Shown piece after piece: positions 1-8,982 of a DNA stretch of 25,981 nucleotides. The stretch is from positions 1-25,981 of the forward strand of contig JAYTHP010000198.1 of the NCBI GenBank assembly GCA_043732485.1, in the 5' to 3' direction. The notes below the pieces were generated by a model. The model was not told the origin of the DNA, ran no database searches, and saw nothing but the letters and a program-made list of their open reading frames with translations. The position numbers and the translations under genes are program-made. Numbering within the stretch: the first letter of the stretch is position 1; the number at the start of each line of letters is the position of its first letter. The stretch comes from Oligoflexia bacterium. Lineage in GTDB: Bacteria > Bdellovibrionota > UBA1018.

Positions 1-150
1 GGTGATTATAAAACCTGCACGGCTTGCCGAAAGTTTTGGGGAGACCGCAAGTTTGAGGAGTTCCTTGAGATCGTCAGCTATTCTCCCAGATTTAGCGCAT
101 CTCAAGACAACTCAGCAGCTAAATACACCCGTCTTTTTTCTAATTCCTGA
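1..150 (+). CDS. Possible 3' end of an upstream gene (partial, unknown product)
   Basis: Frame 1 is open from the window edge to TGA at 148-150 (GDYKTCTACRKFWGDRKF...), with a CxxC. No family recognised. Confidence 0.3.
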   Translation, partial: GDYKTCTACRKFWGDRKFEEFLEIVSYSPRFSASQDNSAAKYTRLFSNS

Positions 151-217
151 AGAATGAACCCTCCCGGGCTTGCTCCAGAACCACCTAAAAAGTCGGTTCA
201 AATCCCGGGAAAGAAAA

Positions 218-1270
218 TTAGCCCAAAAACGACGTTTTTGGACAGCCTAGTCCTGACATCAGCCTTGCACTGCTACTGACTTGACTTTGAGCGAACGAAA
301 AAATGCTCGGTGCGACCACTACATTAGACTGACTGACGGAGTTTGACGAGTTGTTTTCGGTGGCAAGCCAGGTGAGGTTGCCAGCCGTGGTGGCAGTCAC
401 GCCCCCTAAACTCGCTACTCCACTGGAGACGCTGACGCTCACCGTGGTGCTGGAGGCGGTGGTGAGTAAATTACCAAACGGGTCGTGCAACTTCCCTGTG
501 AAACTGGTCATGAGAGGAGAGGAACTGGCCGTGTAAATTGGACTGGGGCTCTTTCCCCAGACTAAATCGCTGATCATACTTTGCGGCAAACACGCCTGAA
601 TCGCCAGCAACCGGCGTCGTTGACACACTGAGAGTCGAGACTAAGGCCGTAAAACTTTTCGCTCCAGCCGTTTGCCCCAGCGTCGGCTGACAAGTCGCAA
701 TCCCGAGGCTATTGGTCGTTGACCCCGCGCAGGCGTCAAGCCCATGGCCCTCACCACTGCCGCCACCCCAGCCCACGTTTGCGCCTGACACCGGATTGCC
801 CTGCGCGTCACTCACCAGTGCCTCAAGCGGCGAAGCGCGGGCCGCATTGACCGTCCCGGTTTGCTGGTTATGGCCCGCTCCTATAATTGAAGCCGGCGCA
901 CCGGCAATCACGATGATCTGCGCCTGACTGGATTTGAACGCTTGGCCGTAACTCGATCCCTGCAAGGCCACCGTCGATCCAGGCGTGAGCCCTGTCAGGG
1001 TTACCACATAACTGCCGTCACCTTGATTCACAAGCTCACCGAGAGCTGCGTCCCACTCGTGCCGCCACTCTCGGTGAGCTTGACTTGATAGCGCTTGACC
1101 CTACTACCACCGTGTCTTGCGCTACCTTGATAAAGAAATTCACCAGCAACCGCTCAATCCCTAGGATCCTACCGCATGGAATTTTCTGCTATAAGCTAAC
1201 AGCCAGCAAGGGTGATAAGCGCCAGCGCACAAACGAGTGAATCCTTGAGGCCGTGCAAGGAGAGTTTCAT
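218..1270 (-). pseudogene. Degraded lipoprotein adhesin with bacterial Ig-like (Big_1/invasin-type) domains
   Basis: ATG at 1270 gives MKLSLHGLKDSLVCALALITLAGC* (lipobox LAGC, then an immediate TAG). Downstream frameshifted pieces read SGGTSG../NQGDGSYVVTLTG, VSDAQGNPVSGANV, TTNSLGIAT and LHDPFGN, typical of invasin/Big_1 repeats. Multiple stops and frameshifts. Confidence 0.7.
1031..1082. repeat. Perfect 15-bp inverted repeat with 22-nt spacer
   Basis: CAAGCTCACCGAGAG (1031-1045) and CTCTCGGTGAGCTTG (1068-1082). Confidence 0.95.
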
Positions 1271-1592
1271 GTGTTTTTAGGCTTTCTCTTAAAGTGTCAA
1301 TCGGGGGATCGATCTCAGCAGTTTCGAAAACTTTAGGCTCTCTCAGGCGCGCTAAAACAGCTTTGAGTGACGCTTCTGAAGCCGCTCCTTAGCTCTCCCT
1401 TCGCCCAACGACACCCCTTCTAAGAGCCTGGGGAAAAGCAAGCGCTCAGAAAAATTTCCTTGAGCTTTTTAATCAAGATAATATAAGATATCTCTGTCCT
1501 GCAATGGACAGATCCTGACGGTGGCGGTTGCGATGGTAGCGGTACCGCCTTACCTTCCCGCACCCACCGTCCCACTCCCCCCGCTTGGTCTT

Positions 1593-1608
1593 TGGCGCAC
1601 TGTTTGCA
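1593..1608 (+). promoter_or_regulatory. Candidate sigma-54 (-24/-12) promoter, antisense to the activator gene
   Basis: TGGCGC-ACTGT-TTGCA with exact GG-N10-GC spacing, in intergenic DNA just past the activator stop codon. Confidence 0.4.
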
Positions 1609-1618
1609 GACTCCCCGC

Positions 1619-2590
1619 TTAGACTTGGATCCCGAGCAGCTTATAATCGGCAATCTTGTTCCGCAGCGTGCGAATCGAGATCCCCAAGGCCCGAGCCGTG
1701 TGGGTGCGATTGCCCTGATGATACTGCAAGGCCTCCAGGATCACCCGGCGCTCGACATCATCTAAGGTCTTCCCGGGCGCCCAATCCAGCCTGGTAAAAG
1801 GGATTGTTGCCTGGCCCTGCTGCTGATCGCTGCGGATTGCTTGCTCAAGATAGATCTGCTGCACTTCCAAACGATCGCCTACGCAGGTGATCACCGCGCG
1901 CTCCATGACGTTTTCCAGCTCCCGGATGTTGCCTGGCCATTGATGCGCCTCAAGCAAGGCCAGCGCCTCAGGCGCCAGGGTCGGCACGGAGCGATGGTTC
2001 TTGGCAGCAAAAAGCTGCAAAAAGCGGGTGGCAAGTAACCTGACATCGCCTAAACGCTCTCTTAAAGGAGGCAGCGTCAAATTAACCACGTTCAAGCGAT
2101 AAAACAAATCCTCGCGAAATAAGCCCTTGCGCACGCAATCGACTAAAACGCGGTTAGTGGTGGCAAGCAACCGGACGTCAACGGTAATCGGCTTGCGTCC
2201 GCCTAAGCGATCGACTTCCCCTTCTTGAATCACCCGCAGGAGTTTGGCTTGCAGCCTAATATCCATCTCGGAAATTTCATCAAGCAAGAGCGTTCCGCCG
2301 TGGGCTAATTCAAACTTACCGGCCTTAGCGTTAATTGCGCCGGTAAAAGCACCGCGCTCATAGCCAAAAAGCTCACTTTCGAGCAAGTTATCAGGAATGG
2401 CCGCACAATTGATGGCAATAAAGGGCCTTTGGGCGCGCAAGCTTTGGGTGTGCACGAGGTGAGCCATGAGCTCCTTGCCTGTGCCGCTTTCTCCTTGAAT
2501 CAGCAAGGTGGCCTTGCTTTGCGCCACGGTTTTTGCCAGCTGAATCAGCTCGTTCATTTTTCGGTCTTCCGTTAGAATGCTGGTGGTCAT
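1619..2590 (-). CDS. Sigma-54-dependent transcriptional activator (AAA+ and Fis-type HTH) without receiver domain; FlbD/FlrC/FleR-like
   Basis: Walker A GESGTGKE, ESELFG, GAFTGA loop, Walker B LLLDEISEM, FREDLFYRLNV, WPGNIRELEN, HTH LGISIRTLRNK. A strong SD (AAGGAGG) precedes ATG 2590; an alternative in-frame ATG lies at 2698. Confidence 0.93.
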   Translation of the reverse strand: MTTSILTEDRKMNELIQLAKTVAQSKATLLIQGESGTGKELMAHLVHTQSLRAQRPFIAINCAAIPDNLLESELFGYERGAFTGAINAKAGKFELAHGGTLLLDEISEMDIRLQAKLLRVIQEGEVDRLGGRKPITVDVRLLATTNRVLVDCVRKGLFREDLFYRLNVVNLTLPPLRERLGDVRLLATRFLQLFAAKNHRSVPTLAPEALALLEAHQWPGNIRELENVMERAVITCVGDRLEVQQIYLEQAIRSDQQQGQATIPFTRLDWAPGKTLDDVERRVILEALQYHQGNRTHTARALGISIRTLRNKIADYKLLGIQV

Positions 2591-2693
2591 CGCGATCTGC
2601 CCTCCTTGGCAGTGTGTGGGGGTGGGTGGGTGGTTTGACTTAGGATTCAGTCCTTTTGGGGTCGTCTTCGTTACGCTTTCTGCATGACATTTC

Positions 2694-2719
2694 TTCATTG
2701 CTCGTCTTCATTGCTCGTC
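2694..2719. repeat. 13-bp tandem duplication spanning the TPR gene stop codon
   Basis: TTCATTGCTCGTC at 2694-2706 and 2707-2719. Confidence 0.9.
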
Positions 2720-5700
2720 GATCAATTGTCGCACGCTTAAATTGGCAAGCGTCTCGCTTGCTAGCTTCTTCCAAAACTGCGCCTCACTCGGTAGGTGAGT
2801 ACTTAAAATCTCAGGAATTTGACGATCCACGGGCGTCGGGGTGACCAACTCCTGCAGCAACCGCTTGGCTTGCAGCTGGTTCGTCAGTCCGCCGCTTTTC
2901 AGTAACGATAGGGCATAGTGGTAAGTCATCGACTCGGAGATCGCCTCGCGCTGGATCAGCTTTCTTTTTTGACCGGTAATCGACCGGGCGTAAACGGCGG
3001 CCACTTCTGGCCAGCGCTCTTTGCGCTCATAAATCTCAGCCTGCTTTTGCCGATTCTTCTGCAGGCTTGCAAACAGCGGGATCAGCAAGAAATCCAGCTC
3101 CTGATTGACGCCGACCGATTGAAAGCGCGGCAAAAAGGCCACAAAATCCTCATGCACCAGCATCTCCGATTCACTCTCGCGCAGGGTCGCAATGGCCAGC
3201 TCATCTCCCCTGGCGCCTAACGCCAGCTCCACTAACCAGTCGTTCAGCCTGAGCTTGGCCACAAAGCGCTCGGCTTGGTCATCGCGCGATTCTCCCAACG
3301 CCAGGTCACCGGCTCGCGGCATCAGCGCCTGGGCTTTCATCAGGTGGTCGATGGCTGCTTCGTTTTTTTTCTTGTTCTCCGCAAGCTTGGCAGCCATCAG
3401 GTGTTTCCAAAAGCCAAAGGGCGTCTCATCCTTGATTTGGGCGAGAAGATCGCGCAGTTTCTTTTCCGACTCAGCCGCAAGCGCTTCCATCATGGTGCTT
3501 GTGGCGGCCCGCCAATTGGCCCACAGCCCCTTGGCCGTGGTATAGGCCTTCTCAGAAGTCTTATACTGCGCCCGGAAACTCTGCAGATCACGCTCTTCTT
3601 CGGCGGCTGCAACGGCTCCTTTCCCACTTGCACTGCCGCCGCTTGCTAGCTTAGCAGGCATGCTTTCTGCCATGCCGTTCCACTTCTGGAAGCTTGCCAC
3701 CAGTTCAGTCGATAAGCGGAATAGGCCCATTTCCAGCGCGACATTGCCCAGTTTTAGCAGAAAATCATCACTGCCGCGGTGGCGCTCATCGGGTAAGGTA
3801 AACGGGTGCGGCACGGCCACGATCTCGGCAAAGTAGATTTTCAGGGCCTCAAATTTCTTACCGTCTGCAAGCAGGCTTAAGATCGACTTGCGGAAAAAAT
3901 CGTGAGCAATCTCCAGCACCCACTTCTTAAATTGCGGAGCGTGCACCCGTCGCAACTCATCTTGCACGGCGCGCGAAACATCCGTGATCGACCCCATAGC
4001 CACCAAGGCACGCACTCGCGCAAGCCCCCGTAAATCGGAGTAGGAGGTCATTTGCACCATGGTATTCATCTGCTCTTCGGTGGGAAACTTGGAACTTTGG
4101 TTAAATTGTTCCGCATCGATCTTAAAAAAACGCTGGGTGGCATTCAAGTCCAAGCCCCCGTGATCGTGACACGGTAACAACCGCAGTCGCGCAAGTGTTG
4201 CCCCCGGACTGAGTGGGAAGCGATTAATGGTCTGCAAATACCAATCGCGACCACTTTTGGGATCCTCAGGCGGGTAATGCCTGCCCGCCATTTCCCCCAA
4301 GCGAAACAACGCCCGCCAAGCCGCAGGGTAATTGGGAAACTCTTGTAAAGACTTCAAAAAAACCTCTTTCGCCCGCACCTCTTGGCCCAGCTGTAAGAGC
4401 GTTTCCCCAAAATTAAGAAAGTAACTGGGGTTTTGCATGACTTGCGCGTGAAAGTACTCTGCCGCACGGTCGTAAAACACTAGCGCCTGCTCGTACTGCT
4501 GACGCTGGAAATACAAATCGGCAATCCGCAAAGCTGCAGCCGCCTGCACCTCGACATCCTGAGTGTGGTCCATCACAAACTGATACTCAACGTGCGCCCG
4601 CTCGACCTGACGCGACTGGAAAAGCAGTTCGGCGGCCGCTAGGTGAAACACCCACGCTTGCGGCGCCTGCGGGAAAAAGTGAATTAAGTGCAAAAAGCGC
4701 TCTAGCGCCTGAATCACCAGCCCCCGCCGCCAATACAAATGAGCCATGTACTGGTTGGCGGCCAGACTGACGTCCGAACTCGCGCGCTTCTCACTCAAAC
4801 CAGCCAGAATACTTTCGCCTTCTTTGAAAAAACTTAATTTTAACAGAAGGTTGGCTCTTAAAAACAGCAAGGTCTCTTTATCATAACTGCCAAGACGGGT
4901 ACCAAACTGCTGGTGCATAAACTCCATCACTCGCAGCGCTAAGGCGTAATTGCCCGCCAAATTCATGGCAAGCGCGGTGCGGATATACTGGTCTTGCTTG
5001 ATGCGCCCCTTAGGCTCAGGATACTTGAAATGTAAATCAGGATACTGTCTGGCCCCCCAGCGATCGAGCTTTAAAGCGGGGTGATCTGGCCAGAGCTTTA
5101 AGAAAAAGTCGTTTTGCTCAGAAATCACCTGGCTGCAAAAATGGGAAGCCAAGGAACCCTCAAAAACCACCCCTTTTTCTAACTGCGCCTTTAGACTGCT
5201 GGCAATTTTCGCTTGCGCCGAGATCGCCACCCGCTCCCGCTGCTTCATCGTTTGCATCACCTGCTCCAAACGCGCCCGCTCCCGGTCCACCACGATCTGC
5301 TTGGCGGTGAGCTTACTTCGTTCCCAAAAGTCAATCACCAGCACGTTGCCCTGATCCTGGTAATAGCGTAGATCTTCCATCTCCGGTTGCGCCAGCCGCT
5401 TGGCTCCCTCAGGAAAGCGCCAACGCCCGGAAATCATCACGTCGCTCCCGCTTTCTCGGATCCGCAACCAGTGCAGCCGCGGTGGGGCTTGACGACCGCG
5501 ACGACCGCCACCTCGATGATCTGCAGGCCGCAGCTCCGCGCCCTCCTGCTGCTCCACCCCCAGCGTCTGTAAACTGACGCCCTGCAAGGTCAGGCTGAAG
5601 CCTTGGGAAGTTTTTTGCCAAAGCACTTTGACCACTTTGGGCACTTGCACGCTCAAGCGCCCGAGCTCGGGATAATTTTCCAGCTGAATGCTGGACGAAA

Positions 5701-6010
5701 GCGCCATCCTGGCAGACGACGCACTCGACTCACGGGGCCGAGCGGTGGCGTCCTCAGCCGGGTCGTCGCCTGACACTTGTCCCGACACTTGAGAGATCGC
5801 CTGCGTGCTGGCCCCCCCCACTCTCGCCTGCACACTGGCGCTCACACCGCTAGGCTGCGCACAAAGAGCAAGCATCCCGAGCACGGAAAAACTGAGCGGC
5901 TGGCGTAAAGCGGGCTTGCGCGAGACCGCCACACACAGCAAGCCCCCCATCGTGGTGGTCGGCTTAGCCTTCTTCTGGCTGCTGCTAGTTTTCAGAGGGG
6001 GGTGTGTCAC
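2708..6010 (-). CDS. Large tetratricopeptide-repeat protein, probably exported
   Basis: 1100-aa ORF with a hydrophobic N-terminal segment (FSVLGMLALCAQ), a beta-rich region, then helical TPR-like repeats (ALRIADLYFQRQQYEQALVFY; FLNFGETLLQLGQ; ALFRLGEM; INRFPLSPGATLARLRL). The start may be ATG 5950 rather than GTG 6010. Confidence 0.8.
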   Translation of the reverse strand: MTHPPLKTSSSQKKAKPTTTMGGLLCVAVSRKPALRQPLSFSVLGMLALCAQPSGVSASVQARVGGASTQAISQVSGQVSGDDPAEDATARPRESSASSARMALSSSIQLENYPELGRLSVQVPKVVKVLWQKTSQGFSLTLQGVSLQTLGVEQQEGAELRPADHRGGGRRGRQAPPRLHWLRIRESGSDVMISGRWRFPEGAKRLAQPEMEDLRYYQDQGNVLVIDFWERSKLTAKQIVVDRERARLEQVMQTMKQRERVAISAQAKIASSLKAQLEKGVVFEGSLASHFCSQVISEQNDFFLKLWPDHPALKLDRWGARQYPDLHFKYPEPKGRIKQDQYIRTALAMNLAGNYALALRVMEFMHQQFGTRLGSYDKETLLFLRANLLLKLSFFKEGESILAGLSEKRASSDVSLAANQYMAHLYWRRGLVIQALERFLHLIHFFPQAPQAWVFHLAAAELLFQSRQVERAHVEYQFVMDHTQDVEVQAAAALRIADLYFQRQQYEQALVFYDRAAEYFHAQVMQNPSYFLNFGETLLQLGQEVRAKEVFLKSLQEFPNYPAAWRALFRLGEMAGRHYPPEDPKSGRDWYLQTINRFPLSPGATLARLRLLPCHDHGGLDLNATQRFFKIDAEQFNQSSKFPTEEQMNTMVQMTSYSDLRGLARVRALVAMGSITDVSRAVQDELRRVHAPQFKKWVLEIAHDFFRKSILSLLADGKKFEALKIYFAEIVAVPHPFTLPDERHRGSDDFLLKLGNVALEMGLFRLSTELVASFQKWNGMAESMPAKLASGGSASGKGAVAAAEEERDLQSFRAQYKTSEKAYTTAKGLWANWRAATSTMMEALAAESEKKLRDLLAQIKDETPFGFWKHLMAAKLAENKKKNEAAIDHLMKAQALMPRAGDLALGESRDDQAERFVAKLRLNDWLVELALGARGDELAIATLRESESEMLVHEDFVAFLPRFQSVGVNQELDFLLIPLFASLQKNRQKQAEIYERKERWPEVAAVYARSITGQKRKLIQREAISESMTYHYALSLLKSGGLTNQLQAKRLLQELVTPTPVDRQIPEILSTHLPSEAQFWKKLASETLANLSVRQLIDEQ

Positions 6011-6025
6011 GCTTTAAAATGAAAC

Positions 6026-6041
6026 AGCAAGATTGATGCCA
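6026..6041 (-). promoter_or_regulatory. Sigma-54 (-24/-12) promoter for the TPR-activator operon
   Basis: Minus strand reads TGGCAT-CAATC-TTGCT (GG-N10-GC), immediately upstream of the TPR ORF and in the correct orientation. Confidence 0.75.
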
Positions 6042-6154
6042 CCCACTAGGCTTGACTTGACTTAAGTTGACTAATCCCACGAGAGTACTGGGTAATTTCC
6101 CTCTACTGCAGCAAAGGACTGAGCGCAAAACGGCCCCCCTCAAGCCCGCTTTTC

Positions 6155-6168
6155 GTCAAAAACCCGAC
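6155..6168. promoter_or_regulatory. Candidate enhancer (UAS) box for a sigma-54 activator
   Basis: GTCAAAAACCCGAC (GTC-N8-GAC, resembling FleQ-type boxes), about 115-130 bp upstream of the -24 element. Confidence 0.3.
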
Positions 6169-6221
6169 TGAGTGATGATCAAGCTTTGACAGTAGGCGAA
6201 ATTTAAGGAATAAGAAAATAT

Positions 6222-7016
6222 ATGAGATTAGGATTGCTGCCAAGTTTACGGTCAGTTTTTCAGCCAGGCTCTCAGCCAAATCGCCAAAGGTTCAGCAGCG
6301 CCAGACCGCTGGGGGTTTCGCAAACCAGGGCGACTTTTTGCGGCTTGCTGCTTTACGCCCTCTCAAGCGCCGGCTGCAGCATCTTTTTTGGCAATATCAG
6401 GCCTTCCCAAGAAAAATCCAGCGCTTACCACATCCTAGACTTAAGCCAGATCAACTCGGCTTGGGTCAAGCTCAACAAGCCTGGTGGCAACAATCCCTTT
6501 AAGCCCAGCAGCAAGCTGGCAGGTATGTCGGCTCACAAGCCGCCCACCACCACCCTCCCGGCAACCGCCGACTCAAGCCTCGGCGAAGAGTCCGACATGA
6601 CCTTTCAATCGTCGCTCACAGGCTCGATGATTTCCATGAATTCTGCTTGTAAAAATTATCCTTCGATGGCGATGGCGATGGCGACGGCCCCCTCCTACTC
6701 CAGCAATGACGGCAGCAGCAGCACTCTCTCCCCCAACGAGGAGACCCAGCAGCTGCTGCTCACCCTCTCGCGGGAGCTTTTCCTAGGCATCCAAGATCTT
6801 GAAATCAAGCACAGCGAGTTTTTAACCCTGTGCCAAGCCCCCGGGCTTGCCACCACCGCGCGCGGCACCATCCATCACGAAGCCGTGCAACTCGGAGTGG
6901 TGGTCTTACAAAGACTGAATTGCACCTATGACTTTATGTACATTGCAAGACCGGTGCATTTTGAAAAGCACCGGGCGGATTTTGAGCACTTTGTCCACTC
7001 CATTGAATTTAACTAA
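6222..7016 (+). CDS. Hypothetical protein, probable lipoprotein (possible PsbP/DcrB-like fold)
   Basis: 264-aa ORF with a hydrophobic stretch ending in SAGC (lipobox-like). The C-terminal beta-strand pattern (GVVVLQRLNCTYDFMYIA...DFEHFVHSIEF) is reminiscent of PsbP-like domains. Co-oriented with mlaEFD. Confidence 0.6.
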   Translation: MRLGLLPSLRSVFQPGSQPNRQRFSSARPLGVSQTRATFCGLLLYALSSAGCSIFFGNIRPSQEKSSAYHILDLSQINSAWVKLNKPGGNNPFKPSSKLAGMSAHKPPTTTLPATADSSLGEESDMTFQSSLTGSMISMNSACKNYPSMAMAMATAPSYSSNDGSSSTLSPNEETQQLLLTLSRELFLGIQDLEIKHSEFLTLCQAPGLATTARGTIHHEAVQLGVVVLQRLNCTYDFMYIARPVHFEKHRADFEHFVHSIEFN

Positions 7017-7105
7017 GACCACCCCCGACTGCCATCCGCTGCTGCTGCAGTTAGGCACAAGCTCTGCCGATGCCCCCTTCGCCTCGCCCAAGAAAGCGTT
7101 TTTTT

Positions 7106-7945
7106 ATGATCACTGCTGAGACCCTCACCCCGCCGCCACCACCACCACCACCTTTCTCCCCTAGTTTTTCGCAAAAAACTGGGGCCAAAGCACTCGGTTT
7201 TCTCAAGTTTTTAGGCGGATTTAGCCTACTTTGCAAAGACATCGTTAAAGAAAGCCTCTACCCACCCTATTACCCGCGCCTGATCGTCCAGCAGGTGATT
7301 GCCATTGGTACGCAATCGCTGCTACTCGTGGCGATCACCGCACTTGCCACCGGCTCCGTCATGGCTCTGCAGTTTGGCTATGGTTTATCGCACTTTGGTG
7401 GCAAGCTGTATGTGCCAAAAATCGTCACGCTGGCCATTTTGCGGGAGATGGGTCCGGTCTTCACCAGCCTGCTCGTGGCCGGACGCATCGGCTCAGGGAT
7501 TGCCTCTGAAGTTGGGTCCATGAAAGTCACCCAGCAAATTGACGCTATTCGGGCGCTAGGCACCAGCCCGATTAAACGGATTGTCATCCCACGGGTGGTC
7601 GCAAGCCTGATTGCTTTACCGATTTTAACCCTAATTGCCGATTACATTTGCCTGGCTGGCGCTATGATGATTTGCTTCACCGAATTAGGCATTCATCCTC
7701 ACTATTTCCTGACTAAATCAGTTGAGTCCTTACAAATCTCTGATTTGCTGACAGGCTTGCTAAAAACGCTGGTTTTTGCGTTGTTCATCTCAGTGACGGC
7801 CTGCTGGAAAGGACTGCACACGGAAGGCGGCACGCAAGGGGTGGGCAACTCCACCACCTGGGTGGTGGTCACGTCAAGTATCTTCATCATGATGAGTGAC
7901 TTTTTTTTAACGAAACTTTTTATTCTGACCGTTTTTGCTAAATGA
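7106..7945 (+). CDS. mlaE: MlaE-family ABC transporter permease
   Basis: LREMGPVFTSLLVAGRIGSGIASEVGSMKVTQQIDAIRALG, PRVVA, GGTQGVG..TT..VV motifs. Start is 7106 or 7070. Confidence 0.95.
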   Translation: MITAETLTPPPPPPPPFSPSFSQKTGAKALGFLKFLGGFSLLCKDIVKESLYPPYYPRLIVQQVIAIGTQSLLLVAITALATGSVMALQFGYGLSHFGGKLYVPKIVTLAILREMGPVFTSLLVAGRIGSGIASEVGSMKVTQQIDAIRALGTSPIKRIVIPRVVASLIALPILTLIADYICLAGAMMICFTELGIHPHYFLTKSVESLQISDLLTGLLKTLVFALFISVTACWKGLHTEGGTQGVGNSTTWVVVTSSIFIMMSDFFLTKLFILTVFAK

Positions 7946-8101
7946 CCCAACCTTCCTTGAGCAGGTCCCGGACCAGAGTGATCACAACGGCCGCCACCAA
8001 CGCCCCCCCGGGCCTGGAAGCTGGGAGTAGCCGAAAATACAGAAACCTCCCATCATCACCCAACGGCCACGACGACGAGAAGGGGAAAGAAGAATTGTAC
8101 T

Positions 8102-8857
8102 ATGTCCATTGCGCTTGAAATCATCGAACTGCAAAAATCGTTTGGCAGCAAAGTCATCCACCGAAGTGTGTCGTTTCAGCTCAAAAAAGGGGAGATTTTA
8201 GGGCTTTTTGGTGGATCAGGCAGCGGAAAAAGCACCATCTTACGCTCGATTATTGGCCTGGAAACCCCCGACAGCGGCTCGATTCTTTTTAAAAACCAGA
8301 ACCTGGTCAATCTCCCGGAAAAAAGCTTCTTTCCCATCCGCACACAAATCGGCTATGCCTTTCAAAACGGCGCGCTGTTTGACTCGCTCACGGTGGAAGA
8401 AAACCTCGCCTATCCGCTTTTGGAGCACACTGCCTTAGATCCGCAGGCCATTGAGCTGCGCATCAATGAGATGCTGGCGTTAGTCGATCTGGTGGGGACC
8501 AACGCGCTCTACCCTAACGAACTCTCAGGCGGCATGCAAAAACGGGCCGGCCTGGCCAGAGCCACCATTTTGGGTCCAGAAATCATCCTTTTTGATGAAC
8601 CCACCGCAGGACTGGATCCCGCTAACACCCAGCGGCTGATGATCAATATGAAAAAACTGCAACAACAGGGCATGACGGCCCTTTTTGTCACCCATGACAT
8701 TGCCAGTGCCTTTCAAATTGCTGACCGGATTGCGATCTTACACCAGGGCCGCATTCATGCCATTGACTCGGTGGCGCGCATCCAGGCCTCCACCGACCCG
8801 GTGGTGCAGGCGTTCACTCACGCCGAAGGGTCGTTTGCCGCGCTAAGCCGTTCTTGA
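8102..8857 (+). CDS. mlaF: MlaF/Ttg2A-family ABC ATP-binding protein
   Basis: GGSGSGKST, FQNGALFDSLTVEEN, LSGGMQKRAGLARA, DEPTAGLDP, VTHD; lies between mlaE and mlaD. Confidence 0.93.
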   Translation: MSIALEIIELQKSFGSKVIHRSVSFQLKKGEILGLFGGSGSGKSTILRSIIGLETPDSGSILFKNQNLVNLPEKSFFPIRTQIGYAFQNGALFDSLTVEENLAYPLLEHTALDPQAIELRINEMLALVDLVGTNALYPNELSGGMQKRAGLARATILGPEIILFDEPTAGLDPANTQRLMINMKKLQQQGMTALFVTHDIASAFQIADRIAILHQGRIHAIDSVARIQASTDPVVQAFTHAEGSFAALSRS

Positions 8858-8982
8858 AGCAAAAGAAAGTGTACTTTGGCAAAGCTCTGAGTTGCGGCGC
8901 TGCAAAAAAGGGTAAGAAAGTAGCTTGAGAAACGCCCACGAAGAACCGATAAAGATTCAGGCGTAAAGAAACAAAAAAATTT

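Noticed and set aside
2743..2758. TGGCAAGCGTCTCGCT as a sigma-54 promoter
   Set aside because: GG-N10-GC spacing is present, but the -12 element is weak (TCGC) and the motif lies antisense within coding sequence.
2918..3649. Plus-strand ORFs overlapping the TPR gene (and similar shadow ORFs over mla, GT, gmhA and ugd)
   Set aside because: Antisense or off-frame shadows of well-supported genes.
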